64,000 bases of DNA from Trichoplax adhaerens. Its lineage: Eukaryota > Animalia > Placozoa. Below, piece after piece: positions 57,345 to 64,000 of the stretch; position 1 is the stretch's first letter; each line of letters opens with the position of its first letter. Made by a program: the position numbers and the translations under genes. The stretch covers positions 620,001-684,000 of the forward strand of contig NW_002060948.1 in NCBI RefSeq assembly GCF_000150275.1. The letters run 5' to 3'. The notes under the pieces were generated by a model. That model saw only the letters and a program-made list of their open reading frames with translations. It was not told the DNA's origin and ran no database searches.

Positions 57345-58751
57345 CTATGATCGCAATGTTTTACAAAATTGTTCTATCATTGGAACAACTTGAGAAGTTT
57401 TGATTTTATCGGAATAATTACATATAAGTACCCCATACGGTAAATTACATGCTATAAGATATGATGGACGATGCTTTGTCGATGAAGTCAGGTAGACGCT
57501 ACAGTAACATTAATCAAACATGAAATTAGCAATATTTAATCGTGGAGAAGCAATAACAGATTACAACGGTATAACTGCTGAGCGTTGGTAAGTATTGATA
57601 GAAAATTAATTTACCCTCAATGAGAGCGAATATCACTATTTAATGTTATAATTCCAGACAATTTAGTAAATACTATGGCAACGAATACATTATTTGTCAC
57701 GAAATGTAGTTCACAATTGAGGATATTAAACTAGGCAGAAGATAACGGTATACAGATATATCAAAAATCCAAACGAAGGCTACCTCCAATATGTCCTCTT
57801 GAAAGTAATAAATCTAATACATTGTCCATTCGTGAATATCAGTTCGAAAGTATTCTGAGGTTGTTCTTCGTCCACTAAAATCAAGCAAATTTTTATAAAT
57901 TGAATATAATACTCTATAACCAAGGCAAAGTTATTAGCTTGTTTGTAGTAGTAAAGAATATAAGTATCGTAGGATTTCTTTTATAAAAATTAATGATTCG
58001 TACATTCTATGAATCTATTTCGTATGATCCAAATATTTGAAGCGATCCATCAACCTAGCTTATTACTTTGTATAGTTATAACCTAATCCTAAGCTTAATG
58101 CCAGCTAATAAGACACACGATATATCTGGTAGTGCATTTTAAAGTATTTTACTACTATGCAAAACTACTGCTTGCATAAAACTGTACAGCTATGACACAG
58201 CATAAACAGTATGACGTTAGCCTTCAAGATTAGAATAGCAATACTGAAGTGCAACGGAAAATAACTTGCACCAAATCGAAACTATCTCTTTATGAAATTT
58301 TAAGGTATTAAAAATGATATTACCGTCAACGGAACAAACTCGCTGGAAGGCAGCAATAAATTTAGCTAGTGAATCCTAATAAATTAAGAACAAATTAAGA
58401 ATATTTGTATTTATTATCCATCTCTCTAAAGAATTTCACATCTTTCGCTGTATGAAAAGCACTAATACCCTATATAATATTTTGTTTATGTCATAGTTCT
58501 ATCTACTAGAGGTCGCTACAGATACGCATATTGGTAAAATTAAGAAATTCTATTTCTATAAATGCTACATTAGTAATATACGAGTACGTATTTATTTAAA
58601 AATATACAATATTAATACTGTGCATTCTACGTTTACGTCGTTTTCAGTTATACTTGTGTGACTGCCTCCAAGGTACCGGCTGCTGTAATAGTATTACCAG
58701 ATTTACTTAATAATACACATCCGTCAATCAATCCTCTTGATAGCAAGTTAT
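57345..58751 (-). CDS. Divergent profilin-like protein, four phase-consistent exons (first coding exon uncertain, candidate 60746-60737)
   Basis: Exons 58751-58654, 58375-58324, 57874-57784 and 57498-57345 with AG/GT borders splice into one frame: (D)NLLSRGLIDGCVLLSKSGNTITAAGTLEAVTQDSLAKFIAAFQRVCSVDVDEEQPQNTFELIFTNGQCIRFITFKRTYWSVYLTSSTKHRPSYLIACNLPYGVLICNYSDKIKTSQVVPMIEQFCKTLRS-TAG. Size and pattern resemble the profilin fold. Confidence 0.7.
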
Positions 58752-59184
58752 CTAAAAATGAATTTAATTTTAGCCTTGCATTTTTATGACATTAACTATC
58801 GCACCAATGTACTATTTTGTATATGATATTAATACTATATGGAAAATAACATGCCATTGCAAAAATATATTGACAGCTAGGATCAACTGTAGTGTAAAAC
58901 CAAGATAAGTCAATTCCACAAAAATCGATGCTATAGACGAGAAAGCGATAAGTTCTTTCTATATGTCATATTCACATGATTGCAAGTATTGAGAATTCTC
59001 ATGGCAAAGTACAGTCAAAAATCGACAATTGATCATTCATAATAACAGTAGAATGTACTATGGATTTTTAGTCATGTAGATTGGCAGTTATTTTTCAGCT
59101 ATTCTGTCGTAAAATTATACTATTATTCAGTTTGGGTAAGAAGCAAATACTGAAAAGTTGTTAGCGTACATTACGTAAATCATT

Positions 59185-60245
59185 AGTTATTATCTAGTTT
59201 ATATCTACAGTCAAAGATCGGATTACAAATTAATCATGTCAAATCTTAGAAATTTGATGATCATCATGAAATATTAGATAGAAAAGCTTACTGCAGAACA
59301 GTAAAACGATATCATTCACATTGCCTTAATTAACGCGTACAGTATACATCAAGCAGTATATTGCGATGAGCACCATTGCTTCTGAGCTAATTGCATAAAG
59401 TACTGTATACGTACAGTCTCGTAGTCAATTAAAGGAAAATTGGATGGCTGTCATGAAATAATTAGACAGAAAACTTACTGCAGAATAACAGAATCATGTC
59501 AATAATATTGCATAGTATTATACCATGGTACTGTGTGCAACAATTGCAGCTATATCTCTCTTGTGGCAGTCGTTGCTTCTGAATCAATTTACAGCATTCT
59601 TTGCAGAAAAGTAAATATTATATGCGTCTACGCGTATAATTATTAAACGTTATCTAGCTCGAATCTCAAGATTAGATTATAAATTGATCCTATCGAATTC
59701 TTAAAACGTAAGGGAAAAATTAGATGATTGTCATGACATTCATCGAATAGAAAAGCTTACTGTAGAACAGCAGAACGATGCCAATAATATTGCTAAGCGT
59801 TAACTTATAACGCAGTGTGCAATAATTCCAACTTTCACTTGTCATATAATAATTACTGTCCGCGTATAATTGAGAATGGATGTGATGAGTATCATGATTT
59901 CTGAATGAGTCAATTGATAGCACATCTCGCATCAAAAGTACACCTAAAACACTCATTATTATCTAGCTCTCATCTACAATCAGAGATTAGATTACATATT
60001 GCTGATATCAAATCTTTAGAACTGCAAGAAAGAAATTGCTAATTGTCATTGAGGATAGAAACAGTCGATAGAAAAACCGACTACAAAACAACCGAGCGAT
60101 CAATATCTAGCTTACTACTGTACTATACCATCATGACAATTATCTCTTATTACTTCCTAATCCGTATAGATAGACAGTAAGTAATATGTTGCGATGATTA
60201 TCACTGTTTCCGAGTCAATTTATAGCATACCTTGTATAAAAGTAT
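59185..60245. repeat. Old degenerate tandem repeat (3-4 units, about 200-300 bp)
   Basis: ttatctag...gattag.atta.a.att at ~59190, 59650 and 59960; tcatga..ta..gatagaaaagcttactg.agaa at ~59265, 59452, 59731 and 60065; gcttctga.tcaattt..agcat..ttg...aaaagta at ~59379, 59575, 59900 and 60206. Confidence 0.7.
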
Positions 60246-60968
60246 CCCAAACCGCCATTGAAATGCGCTCGTTGCATGTCTTTATTTCTTGCTAAACTGT
60301 GATCAGAAGCAGGCACAGTACTGTACTATAGAAGGCACAATGTGCAAAATTAGCTGTCATCTCATTATAGTCTCTTGGTGATAATAATACGTCTATCTGT
60401 CTAGCTAGTAGTGATGACAAAACACGGTCAAAAGGGTGACGATTATTTTACACATTGCCATTGTATTCTAATTTCAGGCAGAGTAGAAAGCCTTTTCCTT
60501 AAAGGACTTTTAATAGTCCTTATTGTAGAGAAAAGTAGTACAAATAACAACAAATGATGATAGCATTCCCCTTTCAAGTTGCTTGCAAATGAAAAATGGA
60601 TAGTCATAGTCATTTTCAGTCTATTTCAGTGGCAGTATAACGTACCATACCATATTATGTTATACTATTGGTGCACTACATGTTGGCCGTATGTTTGCTA
60701 CTATATACTACGGTAGAGTGTTGGTGTAGCCGCTACCTGCGATCATTGCACCACTACTCACATCCAATGGGAAGGTTCAAATTTGGCCAAAAGCAATTAT
60801 TTCCACCTCAAATGCAATTTATTTATTCCATACTATGAATTGCTAGCAATGTTATAGTTGCAATTATGAGTGATACAAGAGCTTTTACGGTTTTGCTAGT
60901 CTTTAATCTGCTGTGTTGTCATGATTTGAAGATAGATGTGTATTGACTGTAATAAATGATTGCTAAAA

Positions 60969-61331
60969 ATGAATTTTCGTCAACGATTGGCTTGGATTTT
61001 AACCTTAATTTATTTAACATGCGGTTGCTATACAATTTATTATACATTCGATAGGAAAAGTGGTTACGGAGAAGTTATTATGCAAAATGGCGATGCTGCA
61101 CCCAATCGATATCCCTCAAGTGTTCAATGGATTGCTAGAGTTTATGATGTCATTCCTAGCCATGTCTGGTTTATCTCTGGAGTAATACTTTATCTAATTT
61201 TCTTTATCGTATTACTGACTCTCACTGCTGCCAATCCAGTCGAATTATTCAATCATTTTATTGGTACCATCAACATTTTTAAACAATCTAAGCCACATCT
61301 ACAGCCAGTTAATGGTATTAGAATGACGTGA
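60969..61331 (+). CDS. LYSET: Lysosomal enzyme trafficking factor LYSET (TMEM251), two-TM Golgi protein
   Basis: Starts MNFRQRLAWILTLIYL..YTIYYTFD (human MMNFRQRMGWIGVGLYL..FYYVFE); second TM IPSHVWFISGVILYLIFFIVLLTLTAANP (human LPFWVW...YLQMFLFLYSCTRADP); 120 aa, single exon. Confidence 0.85.
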   Translation: MNFRQRLAWILTLIYLTCGCYTIYYTFDRKSGYGEVIMQNGDAAPNRYPSSVQWIARVYDVIPSHVWFISGVILYLIFFIVLLTLTAANPVELFNHFIGTINIFKQSKPHLQPVNGIRMT

Positions 61332-63489
61332 ATATCATTTCCCATAGAGACTTTGATTGAAAGAGACATCATTGGAGTAGATGTAGATAGAAACACTCCA
61401 CTGCTTTATCCTACTGTAAGCATGGACTAACCACTAAACTTGCTAGGCTCGAGTATTGGACAGTGGGATGCAGTAAACTAAAATTTCATTTTACAGACTG
61501 TGAATGATTGATTGATTTAATGACGAAAAGTTAAAACGTAGAATGCAAATACAAGTATTAATGTCAATCATGATGAACATACTATTTTTTATAGATAACT
61601 GTTATTGTATCAAATCAAATTTATACCCATGCTTCATCGAAATGAAAGTACTTTCGATACTATGATAATCAATTATTATGTTCCAGCGTTTACACAATAA
61701 TTTTCATGTTTTTTTCTACATTTTAGTCTTAATATTGATTGAATAACTTGATCCTCTAAATTTAACTGTACACAAATGAAAGATTTCTGTTCGTATAATT
61801 CTTAACTAATCGTATACAAAATAGGAATTAATAACGCATCATATACTAAACATATTTATTCTCTATAATATTAATATCGCTAGTCATTTGCAATGAACTT
61901 AAATTTCTTATCCATATTATAAAGATTGATATACGAATCAAGCATCTAGTATCATAGCGAGACATTGTATTATTACTTCTACCCAATATGTACAGCTTAG
62001 TGTATCCTGTAATGCATTGGACTGCAGCACCATAAAATCGTAAAAATGAATTTTGTTAATTGCAGACTTTATACTGTCTATTTCCAATGAATGACATGAT
62101 TATTTACTCTACGTCATCGCTGCTTGCTTAATCGTATGTTATCATGAATGGCTCTTCGATTAACGTCGGAAAAATTTATTGGATGGACCATCATAAAAAT
62201 ATAATTTATAGCGTAAAATCCGCTAGCAATTGTATTTCTTAATGTTTAACCTTGCAAGCATTGGCATTTCCTAAATTGATTAGGAAACGAAATATTACAC
62301 TATTATTGTACTTAGTTATACTGCATTTTGATATTAGATTTAGTTTCTTGCTGAATTACTATATATTTTTACGTGATTGAGATTTACTGCACTGTACATG
62401 ATATAGGATTATCATCATTAAAATTCAACACTAGTATTTTACAAAACAGGTATATTTCGATTTGTCTGTCCTCCATTTTCTGACATCTCATTATAAATTC
62501 CAATATAGATAGAGGAAATAAATTCAACTATGGATATCCGGTCATATTTGGAATACTTGATATTTGTAATGTATCTAGTTAGATGGTGCAATAGCAAAGA
62601 ATAATTAATTACTATATTCTATAACTTCGCTTGTATGACTCTAAAACGTACAATTTGCCTAAATTGGGCACTATAGAACAACTCTACTCCATCATCCATA
62701 GTGATGGCGGAGTATATCATGACTCGTACTTGCGATCAAAAGTTACATATTTATTATTGACCAAGTCAGACCAACCAACCTTAGTAATGAGCAATCAAAT
62801 GTGTTAATATTATTTTTGGGTAAAAATTAATATATAAAATGCAAATTAATACTTGAATCAGATATCTTTGTGACGATAGTGCAATAATAATATGTCATTT
62901 AGAATATCTTTAAAGAAATAGAAGCTGTCATAGACAGTGTCAATTACTAAAGTCTTAAGCCTTGTCAAATATATACAGTACATTACTATAATAAAAATTT
63001 CAGCAAATAGTAAATGTATACATAGCTGTTAGAAATTTGACTTGCGAAGACAACACTGTACTGTACATGCTGGTTGCTACCAATTTTTTTTAAACTATAG
63101 TAATAAGACAACAATAGCGGAAAATACAGGTACAAAAAGAAAAGCAACGATACTATCATCTACTACGTTATAACGCTATGCATTATCTGTAGTAGCAGCT
63201 TAACTTAATCATTAATAAGGAACACATAAGCGGTTATTTGTGTACTAATTTAATAGTCGTTTAAGTATATGAGCATAGTTGTATAATAATAATAATTAAT
63301 TAATTATATATTATTACTATGTAATATATCGTGTGGGTATTGAGGTAGGGTCTTTTAACTTTTAAGAAATATCACATTATTATCATGTGCATCGATTGAT
63401 ACACAGATTTTAAATATAGAACATAGTAACATACAGTATTAATGCAATACGTCTGATAATCATTAATGTATAATAATATATTAGACAGA

Positions 63490-63932
63490 CTATGAACTGC
63501 TTTGCTTCATTTTATACAAGTTATTAGCAACAGCTTCTCGTAATAATTCAGCTTCATAAGCATCTGCAGAGATCTCCATATCAGTGTTATTGATACCAAT
63601 ACAATTGCTGTTTCCATTATAAAGTACTATCTCATCGTCTGATGACATAAATTCCATGGGTAATCCATTCTCCATTGAACGGCTGATATTGTGCAAGACG
63701 CAACAGGCATGGACAATGGTGCGAACACTTCGAATATCTTTCCGACGAATTAACTTTAATCGTTGGAAACGCCCAATCAACAATCGAAAAGCAGACTTGA
63801 TGTAACTTGTAGCGCAATTATGAACTTCGTTGTAAGACACTTTCCAATGGTAATCATCTCCAGTGATTTGTTTATAAGGTGTAAGTAGCCAAGGTCTTAG
63901 AGGATAACTTTCATCTCCGAGTACGGATACAC
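63490..63932 (-). CDS. PIF/Harbinger transposase-derived (HARBI1/ALP1-like, DDE_Tnp_4) protein, terminal exon; 5' part outside the window
   Basis: Acceptor ttcttag| at 63932, then VLGDESYPLRPWLLTPY...YNEVH...IKSAFRLLIGRFQRL...IVHACCVLHNI, an acidic linker and terminal LREAVANNL, all typical of the family. Confidence 0.85.
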
Positions 63933-64000
63933 CTAAGAAGTAGAGGTAATAGTTGATTTTTTTGCTTAGCACTTGCAAACGTTGAAAGAAAGTAGTAGAA

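Overview
AT-rich, gene-dense eukaryotic genomic DNA with many short GT-AG introns, typical of a compact early-branching animal genome. A placozoan such as Trichoplax is my inference, not something the sequence proves. I assembled spliced genes by hand, and most are fragmented or missing in the ORF track. In order: 3' part of LYST (+), STIP1/Hop (-), an intronless secreted serpin (+), YY1 (+), annexin A7/A11-like (+), NVL (+), SLC25A29 (-), ITPK1 (+), an unannotated divergent profilin-like gene (-), LYSET/TMEM251 (+), and the last exon of a Harbinger-transposase-derived gene (-) whose catalytic Glu appears replaced by Lys. Highlights: (i) YY1, SLC25A29, ITPK1 and LYSET, all on human 14q32, lie within about 42 kb, and LYST plus NVL (both human 1q42) are also here; (ii) the hidden profilin-fold gene sits head-to-head with LYSET; (iii) a perfect heat-shock element abuts the STIP1 start codon, and the YY1 start codon lies inside a YY1 motif; (iv) microexons and GC-AG introns; (v) TACAG/CTGTA pentamer arrays, minisatellites and hairpins concentrate near gene 5' ends. 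No tRNA, rRNA or CRISPR is supported. Protein identities rest on my recollection of family motifs, not on database searches.
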